Shown here: positions 8,703 to 17,611 of the stretch, in pieces
Position numbering within the stretch: the first letter of the stretch is position 1
Layout: each line of letters begins with the position of its first letter
Assembly (NCBI RefSeq): GCF_029242675.1
Contig: NZ_JAQWTM010000131.1
Span: 1-56,378, forward strand
Origin: Flavobacterium sp.
Lineage (GTDB): Bacteria; Bacteroidota; Bacteroidia; Flavobacteriales; Flavobacteriaceae
Length of the DNA stretch: 56,378 bases
Reading direction: 5' to 3'
Translations under genes and position numbers: made by a program
The notes under the pieces: generated by a model
Databases searched by the model: none
Seen by the model: only the letters and a program-made list of their open reading frames with translations
Told to the model about the DNA's origin: nothing

Positions 8703-9485
8703 ATGACTTACGAAAACATTCTAGTTGCCTCAGAAAACAGCATTGCAACTATTACCATAAACCGCCCAACAAAATTAAACGCATTAAACACAAGGACGAT
8801 TAAAGAGCTACATCATGCCTTTGAAAGTTTAGAAAAAAACTACGATACTCGTGTTATTATATTAACGGGAAGCGGCGAAAAAGCATTTGTAGCAGGAGCC
8901 GATATCGCAGAGTTTGCACAGTTTTCAGTTGAAGAAGGTGCCCAATTAGCAGCACAAGGACAAGATATCCTTTTTAACTTTGTTGAGAACTTAAAAATAC
9001 CTGTAATTGCAGCCGTTAACGGATTTGCATTAGGAGGCGGATTAGAATTGGCAATGTCTTGCCATATTAGAGTAGCTTCGGACAATGCCAAAATGGGACT
9101 TCCAGAAGTTTCATTAGGTGTGATTCCGGGTTACGGAGGAACACAACGCTTACCACAATTAATTGGTAAAGGTCGTGCCATGGAAATGATTATGACTGCG
9201 GGTATGATTGGAGCTGACGAAGCTTACCGTAACGGTTTAGCGAATCATGTGGTACCTCAGGCAGAACTTTTAGATTTTTGCAACGGTATCGCATCTAAAA
9301 TCATGAAAAACTCACCTGTTGCAATAACTAAAGCCATTAAAGCAGTAAATGCCAATTTTAAAGATGGTGAAAATGGTTATGAAACCGAAATAAAATCGTT
9401 TGGAAAATGCTTTGGTACTGAAGATTTTAAAGAAGGTACAACCGCATTTTTAGAGAAAAGAAAAGCCGTTTTCCAAGGGAAATAA
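8703..9485 (+). CDS. Enoyl-CoA hydratase/isomerase (crotonase family)
   Basis: NRPTKLNAL, AFVAGADI, AVNGFALGGGLELA and GLPEVSLGVIPGYGGTQRL. Confidence 0.95.
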   Translation: MTYENILVASENSIATITINRPTKLNALNTRTIKELHHAFESLEKNYDTRVIILTGSGEKAFVAGADIAEFAQFSVEEGAQLAAQGQDILFNFVENLKIPVIAAVNGFALGGGLELAMSCHIRVASDNAKMGLPEVSLGVIPGYGGTQRLPQLIGKGRAMEMIMTAGMIGADEAYRNGLANHVVPQAELLDFCNGIASKIMKNSPVAITKAIKAVNANFKDGENGYETEIKSFGKCFGTEDFKEGTTAFLEKRKAVFQGK

Positions 9486-9510
9486 AGAAACAATAGCTTG
9501 GATTATTTAC

Positions 9511-9559
9511 AACCACAGTGTTAATTACCTTTACTAATTGCACTGTGGTTTTTGTTTTT
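9511..9559 (+). terminator. Rho-independent terminator
   Basis: AACCACAGTG / CACTGTGGTT perfect 10-bp stem followed by a T-rich tail, 25 nt after the stop. Confidence 0.8.
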
Positions 9560-9607
9560 CTACACTAAATTTTATCTAATTAGTCCCTAAATACCATTAA
9601 CAAAAGC

Positions 9608-9615
9608 TAATTTTG
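9608..9615 (+). promoter_or_regulatory. Bacteroidota -7 element
   Basis: TAATTTTG, 30 nt upstream of ATG 9646. Confidence 0.55.
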
Positions 9616-9645
9616 CAGTTAGAGATCTTCAAAAAAACGAACACA

Positions 9646-10044
9646 ATGTCATACGAACCTATATTTGCCCTTTTTTGGGAACGAGTGAAACAAAGTATTA
9701 ACGATAAAACCTACTCTAAATTAACTTTGGCGAAGACCATAGGCGATACCGAAATTAAAAATATCTACGTACGTCCCGTTCTTATAGAAAATGATGTATT
9801 TATGCTCTCTTTAAGCACCAAATACAAAACGGAAGAAGTAGAAAGTTTTCATACGATCGACGATGCCTACCCTATCTTGGCCTCGTACATGAATAATCCG
9901 TTTTTAACCGCCTTGTTGTTTACTACTGAAAACGATATTACTTTTAAACTCAATAAAAAAAGAGTAGGAACCATTATCGAACAAGCACCAACGTTTAAAA
10001 GCGCATCTGATGTGATTATTGAAATGCAAGAAAAAGGACTTTAG
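9646..10044 (+). CDS. Hypothetical protein (132 aa)
   Basis: Clean ORF between the terminator and the next gene. ATG 9646 is preferred because TTG 9613 lies inside the promoter motif. Confidence 0.8.
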   Translation: MSYEPIFALFWERVKQSINDKTYSKLTLAKTIGDTEIKNIYVRPVLIENDVFMLSLSTKYKTEEVESFHTIDDAYPILASYMNNPFLTALLFTTENDITFKLNKKRVGTIIEQAPTFKSASDVIIEMQEKGL

Positions 10045-10127
10045 TTTCGCATCAACTAAGGAATTAAACCAGATTTACATTCCAAACCAATTAAAAATAC
10101 TTTATTTGTCACTTAAACTTTATCATT

Positions 10128-10451
10128 ATGGAACAGCCTAATTATTCCTATTTAAACAGCTTTACCGGCGGAGATAAAGAATTTGAAAAAAAAATACTTG
10201 CTGTCATAAAAAGTGAATTTCCTACTGAAAGAAACACCTATGCCGGAAATATTGATTCTAAAATATTCGATATAGCGGCAAAAAATGTGCATAAACTAAA
10301 ACACAAAATTAGTTTACTGGGACTTGAGGAAAGTTACGCATTAGCGAATAAGCATGAATTAAACTTATTAGAAGGCAACAATTCTCTGCATGATAACTTT
10401 AATGCCATCCTAGACATAATGGAGCAGTTTTTAACTGATCTACAATTATAA
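10128..10451 (+). CDS. Stand-alone histidine phosphotransfer (Hpt) protein
   Basis: 107 aa, helical, with the Hpt core VHKLKHKISLLG and an N-terminal YL...GGD..F pattern. Confidence 0.85.
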   Translation: MEQPNYSYLNSFTGGDKEFEKKILAVIKSEFPTERNTYAGNIDSKIFDIAAKNVHKLKHKISLLGLEESYALANKHELNLLEGNNSLHDNFNAILDIMEQFLTDLQL

Positions 10452-11178
10452 TAGTAGTACAACATAGTTTATAGTAGTTTTTGTAATTAGTTTTAATACA
10501 GCTAAATACAATTTACAAAGTATTAGTTTAGCACTTAAACTGGTCTTTACTTGTAATTATTTTTTTTTAAATAAACTTCATCGGCAAACTATACACTCCC
10601 TATTGCCAGCCACATTGTAAATGCTACTACCAATCAACTAAAACCAGTAATTTACCCTAAAATAAGGTGAAAATTGATGTTACAAGTTCAGTTGTACCTC
10701 TTAAACAGTGAACTACTAGTACAAAAAGACCCTATGATTGAATAATATGTCTTTGTTCCTTTTATTCCAAATGCGAAAACACCCTATAAATTAAGTTGCT
10801 TTACGATACCAAAAATGGGGATACTAATTCAATCTAACAATGCAGAATAGTATTAGTAATGTCAAAAAATATAATTTCCTTTTAAAGACATTATTAAAAT
10901 ACCTATTATAATATTTTTTATTAACCAAAAAAATAATAAATTAGCATATAATTTTATTTAAAGTGAACTTCTTAAAACCCACGATTTTCATATAAAACAT
11001 CCAAATACTGACTCAAGATCCCTTTACTACTTCTAAAAAACTAACCCTAGGGAGAAGTCACTACAGAAAACAATCAGTTTTATTTGTAAGTGTTTTTACA
11101 ATTAGTACTAATAAATACCAAAAATAACATTTAATCGATATTTATTGCTTTTTATCGGTGTTTTTATTCTTTTTGTAT

Positions 11179-11186
11179 TATATTTG
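11179..11186 (+). promoter_or_regulatory. Bacteroidota -7 element for the ugd/EPS operon
   Basis: TATATTTG, about 125 nt upstream of the ugd ATG. Confidence 0.55.
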
Positions 11187-11310
11187 AGTAAGAATTAACC
11201 GAACTGTTATTTAAATGACAGTTAATTAACGAACAACATATTTAATTTTTTGATTGTGTTTTAGTTTAAAAAGTCAAGTGTTTTTTGATAACCAAAAAAA
11301 TCTCTATAGT

Positions 11311-12651
11311 ATGAAAATTGTAATTGTTGGAAGCGGATACGTTGGACTAGTAACAGGTGCGTGTTTTTCCGAAGTTGGTATTGATGTTACGTGTGTGGAT
11401 ATTGATCGTAATAAAATAGACAATCTTAATAAAGGAATTATCCCTATTTACGAGCCTGGATTAGAAGAAATGATAACCAGAAACATGAAAAAAGGGCGAT
11501 TAAGTTTCACAACTAACATCGCTGAGGCTTTAGTAGATTCTGAAGTTTTATTTATTTCTGTTGGAACTCCACCAGATGAAGACGGTAGTGCTGATCTCAA
11601 ATACGTATTATCTGTCGCTAGAGACTGCGGTAAAAACATCAATGATTACTTACTTGTTGTTACTAAAAGTACGGTTCCTGTAGGTACTTCGCAAAAAGTT
11701 AAAAAAGCATTACAAGAAGAACTAGATAAACGAAATGTTCAAATAGAATTTGATGTAGCTTCAAATCCTGAGTTTCTTAAAGAAGGAGCCGCAATTGACG
11801 ATTTCTTAAAACCAGATAGAATCGTAGTAGGATTAGAAAGCGAACGAGCTGAAGACTTAATGAAAAGTTTGTACAAGCCTTTTACCCTTAATGGTCATCC
11901 TGTTATTTTTATGGATATCATATCAGCAGAAATGACAAAATATGCAGCAAATTCAATGCTTGCCGCTAAAATTAGTTTTATAAATGACATCGCAAACCTT
12001 TGTGAGATTGTAGGCGCTGATATCAATAAAGTTCGAAAAGGAATTGGCTCTGACTCTCGCATTGGTCACAAATTTATATATCCCGGAATTGGATATGGTG
12101 GTTCTTGTTTCCCAAAAGATGTTCAAGCATTAATTCAAACAGCAAGTGAACATAATTATGAATTAAGAGTTCTAAAAGCAGTAGAGGCAGTAAATAATGA
12201 CCAAAAGCTTGTGCTTTTTCATAAAATAATGAAATATTTTAACGGAGATGTAAATGGTAAAACAATCGCACTTTGGGGACTGTCATTTAAACCACAAACT
12301 GATGATATGCGCGAAGCTCCTTCACTCTACATTGTCCAGCATTTATTAAAAGCAGGGGCTATTATTAAAGCGTATGATCCAATTGCTATCAACGAGGCTA
12401 AACATCATTTTGGCGACACCATATCCTACTGCGAAGACCAATACGAAACACTTATTGATGCCGACTGTCTCGCGATATTAACAGAATGGCCCGAATTTAA
12501 ATTCCCAAATCTAAAAATAGTTCAAAAATTACTTAAAACACCTGCTGTTTTTGACGGTAGAAATATATACGATAGACAAGAAATGAAAGACAGTGGATTT
12601 GATTATTTCTGTATCGGAATCAACACCTCAATGGATAGCGTCACACTATAA
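11311..12651 (+). CDS. ugd: UDP-glucose 6-dehydrogenase
   Basis: MKIVIVGSGYVGL Rossmann start at ATG 11311, KSTVPVGT, NPEFLKEG, catalytic GGSCFPKD and FKPQTDDMREAPS. Confidence 0.96.
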   Translation: MKIVIVGSGYVGLVTGACFSEVGIDVTCVDIDRNKIDNLNKGIIPIYEPGLEEMITRNMKKGRLSFTTNIAEALVDSEVLFISVGTPPDEDGSADLKYVLSVARDCGKNINDYLLVVTKSTVPVGTSQKVKKALQEELDKRNVQIEFDVASNPEFLKEGAAIDDFLKPDRIVVGLESERAEDLMKSLYKPFTLNGHPVIFMDIISAEMTKYAANSMLAAKISFINDIANLCEIVGADINKVRKGIGSDSRIGHKFIYPGIGYGGSCFPKDVQALIQTASEHNYELRVLKAVEAVNNDQKLVLFHKIMKYFNGDVNGKTIALWGLSFKPQTDDMREAPSLYIVQHLLKAGAIIKAYDPIAINEAKHHFGDTISYCEDQYETLIDADCLAILTEWPEFKFPNLKIVQKLLKTPAVFDGRNIYDRQEMKDSGFDYFCIGINTSMDSVTL

Positions 12652-12818
12652 TCTAAACATCAAATAATGTCTAGCAATGAAAGTTAATTACACAATAACT
12701 CTACAAACGTAACATTTAAAGTCAAGTATATTATAATCCTAAACCGTACGCTTACTTAATTTCGAACTTGATAAGAGTCTTGGCTTTTATTGGTTTTCAA
12801 TAGCAAAAAGAAGAAATA

Positions 12819-13205
12819 ATGAAGAAAAAAATACTAATTTTAGATGATGAAATGAGCATTTGCCTCCTTTTAGAAAACTTCCTGTCAAAAAATCATGAAG
12901 TTGTATCAATGAATAACGGACTTGATGCTTTACTATGGCTTGATGACAATATCCCTGATTTAATTATTAGTGACATTCAGATGGAAAAAATGGATGGATA
13001 TGAATTTCTGACACAGCTTCGTCAACGCGGCTTTACAAAGCATACACCGTGCATCATGTTATCAGGAAAATCAGAAAGTAAAGAACGTATAAAATGTTAT
13101 AAACTTGGAGCACAAGATTACCTTACCAAGCCTTTTAATCCTGAAGAATTAGATGAATTGGTTAAGAAAAACTTATTTCCTATTCATTATGCAATAGAGT
13201 GGTAA
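12819..13205 (+). CDS. Single-domain response regulator (CheY-like)
   Basis: ILDDE, PDLIISDIQM, MLSG and DYLTKPF are all canonical. No output domain. Confidence 0.95.
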   Translation: MKKKILILDDEMSICLLLENFLSKNHEVVSMNNGLDALLWLDDNIPDLIISDIQMEKMDGYEFLTQLRQRGFTKHTPCIMLSGKSESKERIKCYKLGAQDYLTKPFNPEELDELVKKNLFPIHYAIEW

Positions 13206-13253
13206 ATACACACAGCAACTTCAATTACAACCGAATCTAAAGACTTAATTACT

Positions 13254-14453
13254 ATGAATCCAATTCTTACTATTTTATACATTGGGAACAATCCTGCCTA
13301 TTTTGATGTGGTGGAACAGAATAAATGGACCATAATAACATTAGATAATAGTGCCAAAGTCACTAACTATCTAGAAAATCAAAAAAAACCCGACGCTATA
13401 ATTTGCGATTATAACTTACCAGGAAATAATGGAATTTACCTTTTTGATTGGATCAGAAGCAATAGTTCATTAGATACAATTCCGTTTATACTGTTATCAA
13501 AAGAGTTCAACATCGATCTCTACAAGTTAGCTTTCCAGAAAAAAATTGACGATTTTTATGTTACCTCAGTAACGGAGCCATTGGATATTTTAAATCGCAC
13601 TTCATTTCTTTGCGATAATAGAAAACCTGTTGCGGTAAAACAAGAATTTAAACCTATTAAAGAGGCTTATAAAATGCCACTTTCAAAACGTATTTTTGAT
13701 ATTTTTGTTGCCTCATCTGTCTTATTAGTTGCCTCCCCGTTTTTGCTGCTTATCATACTAGCTATTCGACTAGAGTCAAAAGGAAAAGTGTATTATGTAT
13801 CAAAAAGAGTCGGTCGCAAAACATTTGATTTTTACAAATTGAGATCAATGCGTACAGGATCCGACGAATTATTAAAGAAACTAGCACTTGAAAAAAATCA
13901 ATACAAAAAAGAAGAAACAGTTTCAGCAAATAATCCCCTTGAAACACCTTGCCCTCGATGCAGCAATTTAGCAGTCGGCAACTCTTGCTCTCCTCTAATG
14001 TACATTGATACTCACGCTATTTGCGATTATTGGTACAATATTCAAAAACAAGAAGCTGCAAAAAGCAATTCAACTTTTGTTAAAATTGTTGATGACCCTC
14101 GTGTTACCAAGGTTGGAAAATTTATTAGAAACACTAGTATTGATGAATTACCACAGTTAATTAATGTTTTAAAGGGTGACATGTCTATTGTAGGCAACAG
14201 ACCTTTACCCGTTTACGAAGCCGAACTAATTACTGGTGATGAAATCTCTAAACGCTTTTTAGCACCTCCGGGAATAACGGGATTATGGCAGGTAGAACTC
14301 AGAGGAAAAGGCGGAAAAATGTCTGAAGAAGAAAGAATGCGACTAGATAATGAATATGCTGATCAATTTGAAGGAGATAATTATTCATTTTGGTATGACA
14401 TTAAGCTCATCCTAAGAACAATTCCTGCATTACTTCAAAAAGGATCTGTCTAA
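13254..14453 (+). CDS. Priming polyprenyl glycosyl-phosphate transferase with N-terminal receiver-like domain
   Basis: KRIFDI plus hydrophobic helix, FYKLRSM, DPRVTKVGKFIRNTSIDELPQLINVLKGDMSIVGNRP and PGITGLWQV. The N-terminus has PDAIICDYNLPGNNG. Confidence 0.93.
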   Translation: MNPILTILYIGNNPAYFDVVEQNKWTIITLDNSAKVTNYLENQKKPDAIICDYNLPGNNGIYLFDWIRSNSSLDTIPFILLSKEFNIDLYKLAFQKKIDDFYVTSVTEPLDILNRTSFLCDNRKPVAVKQEFKPIKEAYKMPLSKRIFDIFVASSVLLVASPFLLLIILAIRLESKGKVYYVSKRVGRKTFDFYKLRSMRTGSDELLKKLALEKNQYKKEETVSANNPLETPCPRCSNLAVGNSCSPLMYIDTHAICDYWYNIQKQEAAKSNSTFVKIVDDPRVTKVGKFIRNTSIDELPQLINVLKGDMSIVGNRPLPVYEAELITGDEISKRFLAPPGITGLWQVELRGKGGKMSEEERMRLDNEYADQFEGDNYSFWYDIKLILRTIPALLQKGSV

Positions 14454-14478
14454 AAATAAGGTTTACTTTTACAACAAC

Positions 14479-15207
14479 ATGAAACAATTAGTACCACTAC
14501 TCTTTATCCTAACCTTATCGGTGTTTTCGATCAACGTAACGACTGCACAATCAACTGATATTGACAATAATCGGGAGGAAATACAACTACCCTCTCTTCA
14601 AGTAATCATAGATTCTGTTTTGAGCAGGAACTCTATGCTTAAATTTAGAAACCAACACATTGGTGTCAAAGAATCGACTTTGGCATCAGAGCGAATTTAC
14701 TGGACACGAAATTTTGGAGTTCAAGCTGATACAAAATATGGTAATTTAAATAATTTCTCTACCAATGCTGATGCGCAAGGCAACACTTCTGTCTTAACAA
14801 CTTCATCACAATTCAATTATAGTGTAGGCGTTTATCTTAAAATTCCTGTTTTTGATTTTATAAATAGAAAGCATCAAGTAGGTTTAGCAAAACTAGAGCT
14901 CGACGAGGCGAAAAGTATGGCTAAGTTTCAAGAAGATGAGATTAGACAAACTGTGATAAAGATGTATCAAGACTTGATTTTGAAACAAAGAGTTCTCAAA
15001 ATAAAATCAAAAGTACTAAGCGACGGCAAAGTAAATATGCAAATGGTAGAAAAAGAATTTAGAAACGGAGTAGTTCCCGTTGCTGAATATGTAAGGATAA
15101 CAAGTATTACATCGAATGTAGAAGTAGATTATGAGTTCGCTAAGTCTGAATTTATAACAGCAAAAAAACTTTTAGAAGACATGGCTGGATTTACCTTTTA
15201 CCAATAA
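14479..15207 (+). CDS. Short TolC/outer-membrane-efflux-family protein
   Basis: Signal peptide ending in AQ, then one OEP-like repeat: helix, two predicted beta strands (FGVQADTKY and YSVGVYLKIPVFD), coiled helices with YQDL and FRNG. Confidence 0.75.
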   Translation: MKQLVPLLFILTLSVFSINVTTAQSTDIDNNREEIQLPSLQVIIDSVLSRNSMLKFRNQHIGVKESTLASERIYWTRNFGVQADTKYGNLNNFSTNADAQGNTSVLTTSSQFNYSVGVYLKIPVFDFINRKHQVGLAKLELDEAKSMAKFQEDEIRQTVIKMYQDLILKQRVLKIKSKVLSDGKVNMQMVEKEFRNGVVPVAEYVRITSITSNVEVDYEFAKSEFITAKKLLEDMAGFTFYQ

Positions 15208-15222
15208 GTTGAAAATAAAACT

Positions 15223-17601
15223 ATGAAAATAATTGAATTTATTAGATTAATACTAAAACACTTAGCATTATTAATACTAGTGCCGCTTTTCCTAGCGGTA
15301 TTAGTATTAGTGCTTACTAGCAAACCCAATTTTGAATATACGTCTCAAACGATTTTATATACTGGACTTGCCACAGGGTCCTCGATTGAGATGGATAAAA
15401 CATTTAATTATTTTGCTACCAATACTTCTTTTGATAACCTCATCAATATTATTAACTCCAGAGAAACCCAAGAGGAAGTGGCAGTACGCTTGTTTGCCAC
15501 ACACATCATGTTACCAAAGGCCAACCCTAAATATATATCCAAAAAGCTGTTTGACGAACTTAAATTAAAGGTTCCAAAAAATATTTACAAATACATCGCT
15601 AAAGGAAACAGTAGTGGAATGTTAGCAAGTGACACTCTAGCTATTTACAATTCGCTACCTCCAGAAATTGATAGATACAATTATGAAAAAACAGTGAAGC
15701 AATTATTGCAATTAATGAAAAGCAGTAGTGATAATTACATCTATGAGTTACTAAATTATGAAGATGACAAGCATTATTCTATCAAAGCTTTATCCAGTAT
15801 TCAAGCCACTAGAATAAACAGTAGTGACTTGATAAAAATGAGTTATACGGTAGATGATCCTGGTATTTGTCAGCAAACACTAGAGATTTATAACGCCATT
15901 TGCATTAAAAACTATAAAAATATAAAAGAAAACAGATCGGATGCGGTCGTAAAATATTTTCAAGAGCAATTAGGGCAGGCTAACAACACCTTAAAATTAG
16001 CCGAGGACAAGTTACTAGAGTTCAATAAGTCATACAACATTATCAATTACTACGAACAAAGTAAAGCTGTTGCAGTTGTAAAAGAAGATATGGAAGTTGA
16101 CTACAATAATAAAAAAGCACAGTTAGCTGGAACAGAGGCATCGACTAAAAGACTAGAAGAAAAACTTAACGTACAGGAATATATTCAAAATGAAACCTAT
16201 AAAGTACTTGAAAAAAAGAAGTCATTGGGCGAAATTAATTATCAAATTGCGTTCAACGAAGCAAGTATAGAATCCAATACTAATGACAAACTAGAATCAA
16301 AGCTTACTGCTCTAAAAAAACAAAGAGAAGCCTTGACAGCCGATATTAAAAAAAGCGTAGATGATATTTATAGTTATCAAAATTCAATAGATGGCGTTCC
16401 ATTAACTAAAATACTACCTGACTGGATGAACAGTGTTGTTGAGTCTGACAACCTCAAGGCCAAGATAAAGGTCATGGATAAGCAAAATAAAGATTTTCAA
16501 CAACAATATGCTACTTACGCCCCAGCAGGTGCAACTATAAAACGATTAGAGCGCGAAATATCGGTTTCAGAACAGGGATATTTAGAGTTACTGCATGGGT
16601 TAAACTTAGCAAAACTAAAACTGCAAGACAATGAAATGTCTTCAAATCTAAAAGCTATTGATCCGCCATTTTATCCTTTATCCCCAAACCCAACCAAAAG
16701 AGCCATTTTAATTATTGCTGCTGCTTTTATTGGTGGTATCATAACGCTAGCCATAATTTTAATCATGGAATATTTTGATGACACTCTTAAAAACGCAAAA
16801 AAAGCGAGCAAAAAATTAGGCTTACCCGCTTTAGGCATGATTCCTAAAATGATCTTAGATCCAGGAAATATTAATTTGGCGTTTATTCAAAAAAGACTTC
16901 TAGCAATTGTTACGCAAAATATTTTACAGTATTTTGGTTCTCAACCTACAATAAAATCGCCAAAGACCATTGTAGTATTCAGTACACAAAGCATGGAGGG
17001 TAAAACAGTTGTGGCAGGAAATATCGCTAAAACATTAAAACAAGAAGGAAAAAAAGTACTAATGTTAACTTATGACAATAGACAAAAACCCATTGTTCAG
17101 CAAAGAAAATTTTCAATCATCAATAAACTTCTTGGCTATCCTGATCCTAGAATAGATCTTGCCAACCCTTTTCTTGCAGATGTAGGCAGCTATTTAAATA
17201 AGTCCGAATACTATTCGTATAAAATGGATCATCAATTTTATGAGGCTAAAAACTATATAGATCTACTTGAGCAGAACAACATAAACCTTACATATGATCC
17301 TGATTTTGTAATTATCGAGTTACCTTCTTTGATTTTTAACAATTACCCAGCTGATTTAATGACCCACGCGGACTTAGGTATTTTAGTATGTCGCTCAAAT
17401 AGAATTTGGACAGAAGCAGATCAGGCTGCAATAAATAACCTATTGGTTAAGGCTACATCCAAAATTAAGATTATTGTTAATGGTGTAAGCATAAATGAAA
17501 TCGAATCTGTACTGGGTGATTTACCTAAAAAGAGAAGCATCCTAAGAAAAAAAATAAAAGCCATGTTTAAATTTCAATTTTTCTCTAAAAATCAGATTTA
17601 A
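15223..17601 (+). CDS. Wzc/GumC-like polysaccharide co-polymerase
   Basis: N-terminal TM, long coiled-coil periplasmic region, IDPP...P.P then second TM, EYFDDTLK...LG.IP linker and a P-loop-like EGKT. Confidence 0.88.
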   Translation: MKIIEFIRLILKHLALLILVPLFLAVLVLVLTSKPNFEYTSQTILYTGLATGSSIEMDKTFNYFATNTSFDNLINIINSRETQEEVAVRLFATHIMLPKANPKYISKKLFDELKLKVPKNIYKYIAKGNSSGMLASDTLAIYNSLPPEIDRYNYEKTVKQLLQLMKSSSDNYIYELLNYEDDKHYSIKALSSIQATRINSSDLIKMSYTVDDPGICQQTLEIYNAICIKNYKNIKENRSDAVVKYFQEQLGQANNTLKLAEDKLLEFNKSYNIINYYEQSKAVAVVKEDMEVDYNNKKAQLAGTEASTKRLEEKLNVQEYIQNETYKVLEKKKSLGEINYQIAFNEASIESNTNDKLESKLTALKKQREALTADIKKSVDDIYSYQNSIDGVPLTKILPDWMNSVVESDNLKAKIKVMDKQNKDFQQQYATYAPAGATIKRLEREISVSEQGYLELLHGLNLAKLKLQDNEMSSNLKAIDPPFYPLSPNPTKRAILIIAAAFIGGIITLAIILIMEYFDDTLKNAKKASKKLGLPALGMIPKMILDPGNINLAFIQKRLLAIVTQNILQYFGSQPTIKSPKTIVVFSTQSMEGKTVVAGNIAKTLKQEGKKVLMLTYDNRQKPIVQQRKFSIINKLLGYPDPRIDLANPFLADVGSYLNKSEYYSYKMDHQFYEAKNYIDLLEQNNINLTYDPDFVIIELPSLIFNNYPADLMTHADLGILVCRSNRIWTEADQAAINNLLVKATSKIKIIVNGVSINEIESVLGDLPKKRSILRKKIKAMFKFQFFSKNQI

Positions 17602-17611
17602 AAATTTGTAA

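Noticed and set aside
11254-11310. N-terminal extension of ugd from TTG 11254
   Set aside because: The Rossmann fold begins at ATG 11311. The extension is low-complexity leader sequence.
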